Shown here: positions 28,082 through 37,357 of the stretch, one piece after another
Layout: each line of letters begins with the position of its first letter
Numbering within the stretch: position 1 is the first letter of the stretch
The notes under the pieces: model-generated
What the model saw: only the letters and a program-made list of their open reading frames with translations
What the model was told of the DNA's origin: nothing
Databases searched by the model: none
Assembly: GCA_002424305.1 (NCBI GenBank)
Contig: DIQZ01000035.1
Location: 226,335-290,334 of the forward strand
Direction of reading: 5' to 3'
DNA: 64,000 nucleotides
From: Firmicutes bacterium UBA5449
Lineage (GTDB): Bacteria > Bacillota > SHA-98 > UBA4971
Program-made: the position numbers and the translations under genes

Positions 28082-28156
28082 GCGCCTATAGCTCAGGGGA
28101 TAGAGCACCGGCCTCCGGAGCCGGGAGCGCAGGTTCAAGTCCTGCTAGGCGCACCA
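28082..28156 (+). tRNA. tRNA-Arg(CCG)
   Basis: Acceptor GCGCCTA/TAGGCGC, anticodon arm CCGGC-CTCCGGA-GCCGG, T-loop GTTCAAG, encoded CCA. Confidence 0.97.
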
Positions 28157-28234
28157 TATTCTCCGGCTTTCTCTGTCAACTCACCCCCTGTCTCCTTTTC
28201 TCCATTTGCTTATTCATAAATTGTATTGAAAACA

Positions 28235-28268
28235 TGACGAAAAAGGATACTTGCACAATATAGCGAAT
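28235..28268 (+). promoter_or_regulatory. 0A box abutting a putative sigma-H promoter
   Basis: TGACGAA (TGNCGAA) at 28235-28241, then AAAGGATAC-N11-AGCGAAT. Confidence 0.55.
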
Positions 28269-28329
28269 AAAGCCAATGGGGTAAATTGCCAAAACTTGAT
28301 CCTCCGGGGGAATCAGGGGGTACATGTAA

Positions 28330-29148
28330 ATGCATACCAGAATAAGAGTGATGGCTATAGACAATAGCATAGATGTCTGCGAGATGCTCAGGGATCTTGT
28401 CAAGAGCGATCCTGCATTGGAATGGGTCGGCTATGTCGAGGACGGACTTCTGGCCCTTGATAGAATCGGCAAATGGAAGCCTGATGTAATTCTCCTTGAT
28501 ATCATCATGCCGCAACTTGATGGAGTTGCCTTTCTTGAACAGCTAATTGAGATGTGCCCCATCAACAAACCAAAGATAATTGTCCTAAGCGCAGTCGGAG
28601 ATCAAGCTCTTATCCGAAGTCTTGCTCAACTAGGAGTTGACTACTACCTTCTCAAGCCGGTTGACGCCTCTATTCTCATTAACAGAATCAAGCAAGTCGT
28701 ACGAGAACGTGATTCTAAATCCGGCGAAACTTCAAGCTGTATACAACGGAAACCACCGGACAAGGATACAGAAACGCATGTGGCTCGACTCCTTTTCCAG
28801 CTTGACGTGCCTACCCATTTTAAAGGTTACCTATATCTCAAGGACGCGATTTCTATGATCATTGAAGAAACCGGTCTCTATACACCAGTCACCACTACCC
28901 TTTACATGGAGATAGCCAATAAACACGGCACTACACCTTCTGTAGTAGAAGCCGCTGTCAGGTACGCTATTCAACAAACCTGGAAAAGGGGGAATCTTAA
29001 GCGACTTAAGAAGCTCTTTGGTGCTTTCTCAGACTTAGATGAAGATCGAATGCCCACTAACTCTTTATTCATGACAAGAGTAGCTGAAGAAATCAAAGTC
29101 AGCTTAGCCGATTCACGTAAACACTATGTGTATAAGGAAACTATCTGA
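28330..29148 (+). CDS. Spo0A-family response regulator (divergent, probably a paralog)
   Basis: Receiver (LLDIIMPQLDG, YYLLKP) plus Spo0A C-domain (VPTHFKGYLYLKDAI, LY.EIA.K, W.RGN, PTNSLF). Confidence 0.85.
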   Translation: MHTRIRVMAIDNSIDVCEMLRDLVKSDPALEWVGYVEDGLLALDRIGKWKPDVILLDIIMPQLDGVAFLEQLIEMCPINKPKIIVLSAVGDQALIRSLAQLGVDYYLLKPVDASILINRIKQVVRERDSKSGETSSCIQRKPPDKDTETHVARLLFQLDVPTHFKGYLYLKDAISMIIEETGLYTPVTTTLYMEIANKHGTTPSVVEAAVRYAIQQTWKRGNLKRLKKLFGAFSDLDEDRMPTNSLFMTRVAEEIKVSLADSRKHYVYKETI

Positions 29149-29169
29149 CAACATACATCAGCTTCCACA

Positions 29170-30561
29170 TTATATTAGCTCAAAGCCGCCGGTTTCAGCT
29201 TTCTTGACTTCCTCCTCTTCGCCTGTCTCCGCATTTATGTAAACCACATATATATCCTTGCCTAGCTTACATCGAAACTCGTATACCTGCTTTTCCCGAT
29301 AGAAATCATCGAGTATGACAGCCAGCCCGGAGCTTACCACAGTCAATCTGGGATTCAGCCCTTCCCTTGCTTCCGCCTCAGAAAGCTCAGGTTCTTTCAG
29401 CGCTCTAATCTTATGAAAAATCTGGTAATTAGTGCCTTCAAAGCCGTCCACGCGTCCTTCATCCAATGCTACCCTGACCACAACGTAATCAGGATATATC
29501 AGAACCCCGTTTTGCTCATAGGCAAACCCAATAGCAGATACACCCTGGTAATCGCGTCTGGAAATTTCACGCATGTTTTGAAAACCCTGGGACGTAAGAA
29601 ACGTCTTGGCTATAGCTACAGCCGTAGCCGGCGAAATAGTTTGAGAACCGATAGCAGACTCCTTAAACATCCACAAGACTCTTCCGCCACGCACTGATAC
29701 ATCTGCCCATACTTTGGAAACCCCGCCTTTGGGAGGGGTTATTTCCACTCTATAACTCTTAGGTTCAGAAGATATCGTGGTAATGACCTTGCCTCTGGCG
29801 CCTTTTTCTATAGAATATCCTGCGAATTCCATCGCGATTTTTATGGCCTCATCTGTCCCGATTTCAGGGCCGGGAATAGAAGGCAGCTTCTTTCTGGGAG
29901 GTGGAATGACCCCTTCAAAATCGGGCGTGGGGAATCTCGTCATTCCGTCCTCAAGCATCTTGAGACCCTTTGTAACCTGATTTGAGGGCGCACCCTGTGT
30001 CCTCTCTCCTTCAGGACGCATAGCTGAAGTAGTCATACTTTCACGCTGAACGTCTATCCACCTGAGTTTCCCGGAGGCCATCTCCCCGCCTAAGCGAGTA
30101 AGTTCCTCAGCAGCAAACCTGGCTTGATCTCGGAGATCTCGCAAGAGTGCCCATTCTCTATCTGAGAGGCTACTCCCATGAGAGCCGGTCTGCGACAGAG
30201 TATAGGTAAATGAAGCCACCTGTGACAGGAAATCCTCAGTGGAAGAAAGCTGAATTGTGCCCACAGGAAGTTGGCCCAGCCCTGACCTGGCAGACTCAGT
30301 ATGCCTCCAAGCATCTGCAAAGGCTTTTTGGGTCTGCAAAAGCGAACCTGACACTGCTGCCTTCCCAAGCTCCTCAGCGAGGGAATCAACGTGATAGACA
30401 ACTTCCTGGAATGCACGTTGATACTGATTTTCGGTCTTAAGCTCCACTTCTTTCCTCAAAGCGTACTCACGGATCCCAACAAAGCCTGCTATTACAACAA
30501 CTACGGCTAAGGCCGTCCATCCCCATCTTTGCCTCATTCTCACCACCTCGCAACCAATCAC
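29170..30561 (-). CDS. ypeB: Germination protein YpeB (PepSY domains)
   Basis: ENQYQRAF, LGQLP, NGVLIYPD, VALDEG, VYINAETGEEE; follows sleB. Start may be the ATG at 30537. Confidence 0.9.
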   Translation of the reverse strand: MIGCEVVRMRQRWGWTALAVVVVIAGFVGIREYALRKEVELKTENQYQRAFQEVVYHVDSLAEELGKAAVSGSLLQTQKAFADAWRHTESARSGLGQLPVGTIQLSSTEDFLSQVASFTYTLSQTGSHGSSLSDREWALLRDLRDQARFAAEELTRLGGEMASGKLRWIDVQRESMTTSAMRPEGERTQGAPSNQVTKGLKMLEDGMTRFPTPDFEGVIPPPRKKLPSIPGPEIGTDEAIKIAMEFAGYSIEKGARGKVITTISSEPKSYRVEITPPKGGVSKVWADVSVRGGRVLWMFKESAIGSQTISPATAVAIAKTFLTSQGFQNMREISRRDYQGVSAIGFAYEQNGVLIYPDYVVVRVALDEGRVDGFEGTNYQIFHKIRALKEPELSEAEAREGLNPRLTVVSSGLAVILDDFYREKQVYEFRCKLGKDIYVVYINAETGEEEEVKKAETGGFELI

Positions 30562-31067
30562 CTAAGGAAGATATGTCTTCCTATTTGAATAATGTAACTC
30601 CTGGTAGCAACCCACCAATTGGTAGCCTTAGCAGGGTTATAATAGTAAACTGCACCTCCTGAAGGATCCCAACCGGCTAAGGCGTCCTGTGCAGCCCGAT
30701 AAGAGGAAGAGACCGGAGGAAACCATACATGTCCTGTAGTGACTGCAGTAAAAGCATCCGGTTCAAAGATCACTCCCGGAATGGTCTTGGGGAAATGTGG
30801 ATGGTTCAACCTGTTCAAGATTACGGCCCCAACGGCAACTTGACCTATGTATGGCTCACCTTTTGCTTCCGCAGAGATAACTCTTGCCATCAGTTCCAGG
30901 TTATAGCTATAGCTTTGTCCGGGATCAGCCAAATCAAACTCTGCCGTGTCCGCCAAGTAAGAAAGCCTGTCATTGAAGACTCTTCCTGACTGGACATGCC
31001 ATAGAACCGTGACTACTGCCACAACAACAGTGAAAGCAAAAATAAGCCTACTGACTCTGATTGACAC
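30558..31067 (-). CDS. sleB: SleB-type cortex-lytic enzyme (Hydrolase_2; no PG-binding domain seen)
   Basis: LMARVISAEAKGEPYIGQVAVGAVILNR, GWDPSGGAVYYYNP, IGRHIF. Confidence 0.85.
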   Translation of the reverse strand: MSIRVSRLIFAFTVVVAVVTVLWHVQSGRVFNDRLSYLADTAEFDLADPGQSYSYNLELMARVISAEAKGEPYIGQVAVGAVILNRLNHPHFPKTIPGVIFEPDAFTAVTTGHVWFPPVSSSYRAAQDALAGWDPSGGAVYYYNPAKATNWWVATRSYIIQIGRHIFLR

Positions 31068-31102
31068 GGCTTATACCCCCTAACCATGTCTAAACCTGGA
31101 TT

Positions 31103-31131
31103 TATTATGTCGCCTGGAATATTTGCTATTC
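31103..31131 (-). promoter_or_regulatory. Sigma-G promoter of sleB-ypeB
   Basis: GAATA-N17-CATAATA on the minus strand. Confidence 0.65.
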
Positions 31132-31230
31132 ACAGGCTCGTTCGTTGCGAATATTCAAGGGAAGTTGTGGTATGATTGATTTGTGCCTGGGGACGAAGGC
31201 AAGAGATTACTTCTGAGGTGATGAACTCCT

Positions 31231-31977
31231 ATGAAACTCTCTCAAATTACTGAATACCTCGATGATTTTCTTATGATTCCTCACATTCCCGATTCCTCAC
31301 TCAACGGATTGCAGGTAGAAACAGACTGTAACATCACAAAAGCAGCCTTGGCAGTAGATGCGACTTTGGAGACATTTGAGCAAGCCAAGACAAAAATGGC
31401 GGAACTTATTATTGTGCATCACGGACTATTTTGGGACAAGGTTCCGATTAGAGGACCCCTCTACCGCCGAGTCCGATATCTTATTGAGAACAGGATAGGC
31501 CTTTATGCAGCGCATCTTCCCTTGGACATGCACTCGGAAGTGGGAAATAACGCAGAACTCGCCAAAATACTGGGTATTGAAGATGCCAGGCCTTTCCTGC
31601 GGTATAAGGGATCACTCATCGGGCTTGTCGGGGAAGTAGAGACGATGAATATCCATAAGGTGGCAAGACTATTAGGTAATCACATTCAGGGAGATATTAA
31701 GATCTTCCCTTTAGGTAAGCGCGAGATTACCAGGGTAGCCATATGCAGCGGCGGCGGTGGACAAGACTTGAATCAGGCAATAGAAACAGGAGCGGATCTC
31801 TATCTTACGGGAGAGACGTCTCACGAGGCAGTCGCTCTGGCAAGGGATGCCGAAATAAACATTATGTTTGCAGGCCATTATGCCACTGAGACATTGGGGC
31901 CCAAAGCCCTGGGAAAACATATAGAGACCACACTTGGACTTCCTACAGTATTTATTGAAGCCCCAACCGGGCTCTAA
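31231..31977 (+). CDS. Nif3/YbgI-like dinuclear metal-centre protein
   Basis: NGLQVE, VHHG, HLPLD.H...GNN, TGE, GHYATE. Confidence 0.9.
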   Translation: MKLSQITEYLDDFLMIPHIPDSSLNGLQVETDCNITKAALAVDATLETFEQAKTKMAELIIVHHGLFWDKVPIRGPLYRRVRYLIENRIGLYAAHLPLDMHSEVGNNAELAKILGIEDARPFLRYKGSLIGLVGEVETMNIHKVARLLGNHIQGDIKIFPLGKREITRVAICSGGGGQDLNQAIETGADLYLTGETSHEAVALARDAEINIMFAGHYATETLGPKALGKHIETTLGLPTVFIEAPTGL

Positions 31978-32051
31978 GTCCGGGCTTCTCGTTGCACGCT
32001 TCTCGTCGCAGAGCTTTCGCAAGGTAACAGTTTGACCTAATATCACAGGTC

Positions 32052-33206
32052 TCACGGGGCTTCATTTACACTCACAGACACGGTAAACGTTCTTCCGTCA
32101 CGATAGATCACTAACTCAAGCTTGCCCCCTATACCCACTGAATTCACTGCTTCTCTCAAATCAGCCACGGATTTCGAGTCTTTCCCTCCGGCTGAAGTAA
32201 TGACGTCACCACGACGAAGACCTGCTAAACCTGCAGGGCTCTGCCTTACATACCCTGCGATAGCCAGGCCATGGTCAATCCCCATACGGTAATCGCGAGC
32301 AACCTGTGGCGTGATTACCCAAACCTGGGTTATTCCGATCCAAGGACGTTTTACCTTTCCAAACTCTACAAGCTCTGCGGCTATTTGTCTCGCTGTATTG
32401 ATAGGAATGGCAAACCCAATACCTTGAGCTTCTGCATAAATGGCAGTATTGATTCCAACAACTGTACCTCGCTCATCAGCAAGCGCGCCTCCGCTGTTCC
32501 CCGGGTTAATCGGAGCATCAGTTTGGATTAGGTTCTCAAGGTAGAGCCCTTGTTCAGCATCAAGCGGGACAGATCTCTCCAAGGCGCTGACTACACCTGC
32601 AGTCACTGTATGATCAAATCCGTAGGGGTTACCTATCGCTACAGCCAACTCACCTACTTCGACAACGTCAGAATCTCCTAACGTAGCATAAGGCAGGTCC
32701 TCTCCGTCTATTTTCAATACTGCAAGATCAGTGTAATAGTCGCCTCCAATCACAGTCGCAGTAAACTCCCGTCCGTCAGAAAGCACAACCCCAATTTCCT
32801 TGGCTTCCTCAATCACATGATAATTGGTAAGCACAAATCCACGGCTATCAAAGATCACGCCCGAGCCCAGCCCCTCCTCCTGCTGGGTCACGCGTTCGAA
32901 GAAAAAAGTATAGTAAACTCGTTCTCGCAAGGTTGATATTTTGACGACAGCCGGCCCCACTTCTCTGGCTATTCCTGCCACATTAAGCCCTTGCCCGCTG
33001 ATACCTGAATACTGTATCTCTTTAGGCACACTCATGCGAGATTCGCCCGGGTCAAAGCTCCCTTTAGGTATAGAGGCGATTCGCCTGTCCACCTGTTCCA
33101 AGACAACAGATCCAACTATGAGACCACCTATGAGTGCGCCTACAATACCTACTAAGAAATATCCGAAAAACGATCTACGTCGACTGCGATACCCGGGGAA
33201 GTTCAC
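32052..33206 (-). CDS. htrA: HtrA-family serine protease with PDZ domain
   Basis: TM anchor; GSGVI, TNYHV, DLAVL, IQTDAPINPGNSGG; C-terminal PDZ. Confidence 0.9.
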   Translation of the reverse strand: MNFPGYRSRRRSFFGYFLVGIVGALIGGLIVGSVVLEQVDRRIASIPKGSFDPGESRMSVPKEIQYSGISGQGLNVAGIAREVGPAVVKISTLRERVYYTFFFERVTQQEEGLGSGVIFDSRGFVLTNYHVIEEAKEIGVVLSDGREFTATVIGGDYYTDLAVLKIDGEDLPYATLGDSDVVEVGELAVAIGNPYGFDHTVTAGVVSALERSVPLDAEQGLYLENLIQTDAPINPGNSGGALADERGTVVGINTAIYAEAQGIGFAIPINTARQIAAELVEFGKVKRPWIGITQVWVITPQVARDYRMGIDHGLAIAGYVRQSPAGLAGLRRGDVITSAGGKDSKSVADLREAVNSVGIGGKLELVIYRDGRTFTVSVSVNEAP

Positions 33207-33248
33207 AATAGTCCCCCCTAAGCTTACTCAAGACTTATTGTCAATGAC

Positions 33249-33881
33249 TTAGTACTCAATTCCTCTACGCGCAGCTATACCCTGAGCATAGGGGTGCCTC
33301 ACTTGCCTCATCTCTGTAATCAGATCCGCCAACGCCAGGATTTCTTCAGGCATGTTTCTGCCGGTGAGAACGATTTCAGTGTGACTGCACTTTTCCTCTA
33401 TCAATCTAACTACATCATCTACTGTAAGCAAGTGAAAATTGATAGCAAGAGATATTTCATCGAGGATCAGAATGTCAACGTCACCTCTTGTAGAGACCTC
33501 CAGAGCCAGACTCAACCCCTTTTCCGCCAGCATTCGATCTTCATCAGTTATTTCCCCGATGCGAAGCATACATTCAGCACAACCTTGGCATCTGAGGAAA
33601 CCCTGTTTTATTGCAGAAGACCGCCTACAATCTCGCCCAAATCGGTGAATTTGAATTTCAGGGTGCAGACGTTGCAGAGAATAGAGCTCTCCCGTATAGC
33701 TGACACCTTTCGCAAATTGAATGATCACTACAGAAAGCCTATGGCCACAAGCCCTCAAAGCAAGGCCCAGTGCGGCAGTGGTCTTTCCTTTGCCATCACC
33801 TGTATAGACCTGGACAAGACCTAACCCGGATTCATCCTCACCTTTCGTGGCCTCAGAGAGGCCTTCAATTTCGAGGTCCAT
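33249..33881 (-). CDS. cobO: Cob(I)alamin adenosyltransferase (CobO/BtuR family)
   Basis: YTGDGKGKTTAALG, QFAKG, LDEI, LTGR, HPY..G..AR.GIEY; start MDLEIE at 33881. Confidence 0.9.
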   Translation of the reverse strand: MDLEIEGLSEATKGEDESGLGLVQVYTGDGKGKTTAALGLALRACGHRLSVVIIQFAKGVSYTGELYSLQRLHPEIQIHRFGRDCRRSSAIKQGFLRCQGCAECMLRIGEITDEDRMLAEKGLSLALEVSTRGDVDILILDEISLAINFHLLTVDDVVRLIEEKCSHTEIVLTGRNMPEEILALADLITEMRQVRHPYAQGIAARRGIEY

Positions 33882-33913
33882 GTTATCACCCTCAATCTCT
33901 GAGGAATTACCCT

Positions 33914-34708
33914 TCAACTTGCCGGGCTCATGAAACCCGGCACTAACATGACCTGAGGACAACCAACCACCGGATGAGTAGTGATATGCGCTTTAACACC
34001 GTATACTTTCTTCAGAATCTCTTCTGTTACGACTTCCTGAGGCGGACCGTCTGCCACTTTCCTCCCGTGATTCAACATGACTAGTCTGTCGCAGTACTGG
34101 GAAGCCAGGTTAACATCATGCAAGACAGCTAATACCGCGATATTTTCAAATCGAGACAAAGACTTGAAAAGATCCATAATCTCTACCTGGTAACCAGGAT
34201 CAAGATGTGAGGTAGGCTCATCTAACAACAAAATACCCGGCTCCTGAGCGAGGGCTCGCGCAATAATCACCCTTTGCTTCTCACCGTAAGATAGCTCAAG
34301 AACAGACCTCTTAGCAAGGTGAGTTGTGCTTGTAGCTGCCATAGCCTGAAAAACAATGTCCATATCTTGTGGGCTCTCTCGTGAAAACCTCCCCTTGTGA
34401 GGTTCGCGGCCCATCAACACTATCTCAAGAACAGAGAAAGGAAATGGTATTGTTCCGTTTTGAGGCACCACTGCTATCTTTTGCGCAATTACCTTAGGCA
34501 CCATATCGCCAATATCTTCACTGTCAAGGAGGATTGTCCCCATACTGGGTTTCAAGGCGCCTGCCAGCAGTCGAAGCAGCGTGGTCTTTCCTGAACCGTT
34601 AGAACCCAAAATACCGACGAAGTCTCCGCTTTCCAGAGACACTGACACCTTGTCTATAGCTTCTATTATACCGTACTTATGACATACGGAAAACGCTTCC
34701 AATCTCAC
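33914..34708 (-). CDS. btuD: Cobalamin ABC transporter ATPase
   Basis: GSNGSGKT, LSYGEKQR, LDEPT, HD.N; lies in the B12-riboswitch operon. Confidence 0.8.
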   Translation of the reverse strand: MRLEAFSVCHKYGIIEAIDKVSVSLESGDFVGILGSNGSGKTTLLRLLAGALKPSMGTILLDSEDIGDMVPKVIAQKIAVVPQNGTIPFPFSVLEIVLMGREPHKGRFSRESPQDMDIVFQAMAATSTTHLAKRSVLELSYGEKQRVIIARALAQEPGILLLDEPTSHLDPGYQVEIMDLFKSLSRFENIAVLAVLHDVNLASQYCDRLVMLNHGRKVADGPPQEVVTEEILKKVYGVKAHITTHPVVGCPQVMLVPGFMSPAS

Positions 34709-34739
34709 ATTTTGTCCCCTTACTCTCTGAACTCACACA

Positions 34740-35807
34740 TTAGCTCCCCCGAATTTTGCGTCGTCTCAAAATGCAAAGAAAAAAAGGCGCACCTACAAGT
34801 GCAGTAATAACACCTACAGGAATCTCCGCCGGAGCAATTAACGTGCGAGCACAAGTGTCTGCCGTTACAAGAAATATGCCGCCTGCGATGGTAGAAGCAG
34901 GCAACAGCAACCTGTGATCCGGACCGAGAACCATTCGCATTGTATGTGGCACGATAAGCCCCACAAACCCAATCACTCCACCAACGGAAACAGAGGCTGC
35001 AGTCACTACGGAGGAAGCTATCACAGCAATACGTTTTGACTGTCCGGGATCAACACCCAGGTACCGCGCTTCATCATCGCCGAGGCAGATCAAGTTTAGA
35101 TCGCGCGCCATAATTATGAGAACAGCAATACCGAAAATCCAATATGGAGCAGCCATTTTCACATGCACGTATCCTTTGTTTGAAAGACTTCCCATGAGCC
35201 ACATCATGATTTCCCGGAGTGAATCGCCGGAAACCATCATGACAAGGGACATAACCGCCCATAGGAATGAACTTACAACGACCCCCGAAAGAAGAAACGC
35301 ATCCATAGACGCTCTGCCTGAGACTCCGGCAAGAGAGTATACTACCGCCATAGTGATAATAGAAGCCAGGAATGCTGCAACAGGCACAGAATTCAGTCCG
35401 GGAATGAAAGACGGCAACCTGAACGAAATGGCGATTGTCGCTCCTAAAGCTGCGCCTGAAGATATTCCCATGATATAAGGATCCGCCAAGGGGTTGCGAA
35501 ACAGACTTTGAAGAGTAGCACCTGCGCCCGCCAGAGAACTCCCGATTATTATAGCAAGCAGAATTCGGGGAAGTCTTACCTCAAGGATTATCGTTTCATA
35601 TGCGTCAGGCCATCCTGTATGTGGTATCCACTTACTTACATAAGGAAGACGTCTGAGCAGTATAGAGATCACGTCAGGTAAAGGAATCGATACGGCACCT
35701 ACTCCTGCTGCAATAGCCATAGCTGTCAAGAGAAGAAACGTTAGTGTAACGAAGCACCTATACCGTCTGTCCCTATAGGCTGAGTACGCCACAGGATCCG
35801 GTTTCAT
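34740..35807 (-). CDS. btuC: Cobalamin ABC transporter permease
   Basis: RLPR, FRNPLADP, GISSGA, IGFVGLIVPH. Confidence 0.85.
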   Translation of the reverse strand: MKPDPVAYSAYRDRRYRCFVTLTFLLLTAMAIAAGVGAVSIPLPDVISILLRRLPYVSKWIPHTGWPDAYETIILEVRLPRILLAIIIGSSLAGAGATLQSLFRNPLADPYIMGISSGAALGATIAISFRLPSFIPGLNSVPVAAFLASIITMAVVYSLAGVSGRASMDAFLLSGVVVSSFLWAVMSLVMMVSGDSLREIMMWLMGSLSNKGYVHVKMAAPYWIFGIAVLIIMARDLNLICLGDDEARYLGVDPGQSKRIAVIASSVVTAASVSVGGVIGFVGLIVPHTMRMVLGPDHRLLLPASTIAGGIFLVTADTCARTLIAPAEIPVGVITALVGAPFFLCILRRRKIRGS

Positions 35808-35879
35808 TGTTTATTGTATCTCCTTTTATCTACGTCAAGCTTGCTACCACCCATAACAGTTGCACCCAACAGAGCAGAC

Positions 35880-36851
35880 TTAATCATGAGACCCCGGATG
35901 CATAATGTCCAGAAGCACCTCAAGGCCTTGAACCAACCTGGGACCGGGACGGGTTAGGATATCAGGATTTACTCGGTGAATCCTCCGTGTCTTGCAGGCA
36001 GAAATCCCTTTCCAAGCAGATCTTCCAAGCACATCATCCTTATCTGTCCATACCGTAATTATCACATCCGGATCCCTTTCAATGACTACCTCTACACTGA
36101 ATTCAGGCCATTCCAAACCTGCGTCACCTGCGATGTTTTCCCCGCCTGCAACCTTAATAAGCTCATCAATAAAAGTACCGGGTCCCGCAGTCATTAAGGG
36201 GTCATCCCATATCTCCACAAATACTCGTGGTCTGGCTTGTTTCGTCACGGCCAAAGCTGCCTTTGATCGCACACCTTGAATCTCATTGCTGAGGCTCTGC
36301 ACAAGCAATTCCGCTGCGTCCTCTGTTCCGGTTGCCTTACCTACCAAAACAATGCTATCTAAGACATCTCTGAGTGTCTTCGGATCCAGTGCCAGAACAG
36401 GTATGCCAAGATTAGACAGGGTTTCAATAACAGGCAACTGCATGCTTCCAACTGCGACCACGAGATCCGGAGATATCTCCATTATCTTCTCAATATTCAT
36501 CTCTACTTGGCCGACCTTAGGTTTTGACTTCGCCTCCTTGGGGTAATCACATGCCTCTGTAACACCGACAACTCTGTCACCTAGACCCAGAGCGAACAGA
36601 ATCTCCGTGTTACTTGGCGCAATAGACACGATGGTCTCAATGGGAAGTTCCAATTTCACCTCCCTGCCCAAGGCATCTATGACTGTGACTTCACCCTCTG
36701 TGACATTTGCCGAGACCCCCATGGCCAAGATGCAAAATGCAGCAATGATAATGCCAAAAATCATGACTTGTGAGAGCGCAGTCCGCATCCGAAAACCTAA
36801 GTGGCTCACATATTGCTTACGACCCACACTACGACACTGCTTACGATCCAC
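35880..36851 (-). CDS. btuF: Cobalamin-binding protein
   Basis: IVSIAPSNTEILFALG, CDYP, AGGENI, RPGPR. Confidence 0.85.
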   Translation of the reverse strand: MDRKQCRSVGRKQYVSHLGFRMRTALSQVMIFGIIIAAFCILAMGVSANVTEGEVTVIDALGREVKLELPIETIVSIAPSNTEILFALGLGDRVVGVTEACDYPKEAKSKPKVGQVEMNIEKIMEISPDLVVAVGSMQLPVIETLSNLGIPVLALDPKTLRDVLDSIVLVGKATGTEDAAELLVQSLSNEIQGVRSKAALAVTKQARPRVFVEIWDDPLMTAGPGTFIDELIKVAGGENIAGDAGLEWPEFSVEVVIERDPDVIITVWTDKDDVLGRSAWKGISACKTRRIHRVNPDILTRPGPRLVQGLEVLLDIMHPGSHD

Positions 36852-36861
36852 GTTACGACCT
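36814..36861. repeat. Imperfect 24-bp tandem duplication over the btuF start
   Basis: TGCTTACGACCCACACTACGACAC followed by TGCTTACGATCCACGTTACGACCT. Confidence 0.6.
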
Positions 36862-36913
36862 CCAATCGTGCTACCGGTTTATAGGTGAAGAGTTCTTCCT
36901 CAGAACTCTTAAG

Positions 36914-36942
36914 AAAACAAAACCCCGACCTTGGGTCGGGGG
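36914..36942 (-). terminator. Riboswitch-controlled intrinsic terminator
   Basis: Minus strand CCCCGACC-CAA-GGTCGGGG followed by TTTTGTTTT. Confidence 0.8.
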
Positions 36943-37004
36943 CACGGAGCCAAAATAAGCTTTTGGCTTGAAACTCCCTTTCACCGAAGGCGTACCAAGC
37001 TACC

Positions 37005-37180
37005 CTAGACAGGCAGGTCTCCTGGCTTCCGAATCATTGCATGCTCCTAAGCCTTCCTCACATTGAGTGGCTAAATAAGGATGCTCCTCGGATACAGTGG
37101 CGGGAACCGCGGGATTGCAGGATATCGCCTGCTTCCTCTTCCCTATTCTCCCCTAATAGGGGCACCTGTCGGGTCTCAGA
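37005..37180 (-). promoter_or_regulatory. Cobalamin riboswitch
   Basis: AGGTGC...AATAGGGAA...CCCGCCACTGT...AAGCCAGGAGACCTGCC (B12 box), upstream of btuFCD-cobO. Confidence 0.93.
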
Positions 37181-37357
37181 TTAAATTTTGCAACATCTAT
37201 ATCTTACCATTTGTCCACCGGGTAATCAATTGATCTTTCGGTAACCGGAAACCATCTTGACGTCATAGTATGTAAAGGCGTTCTTCTTACGGTTCTCGAA
37301 ATCGTTACATTTTCCTTACTCATGTTAGTAGTCTGTGCTTGGAAATGAGGTGAAGTC

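Noticed and set aside
28082..28156. tRNA as an integration site of a genomic island
   Set aside because: No integrase and no repeat of the tRNA 3' end seen in the window.
28176..28403. 75-aa hydrophobic minus-strand ORF
   Set aside because: Overlaps the start, RBS and promoter of the Spo0A-like gene; no RBS of its own; hydrophobicity is expected from an AT-rich antisense frame.
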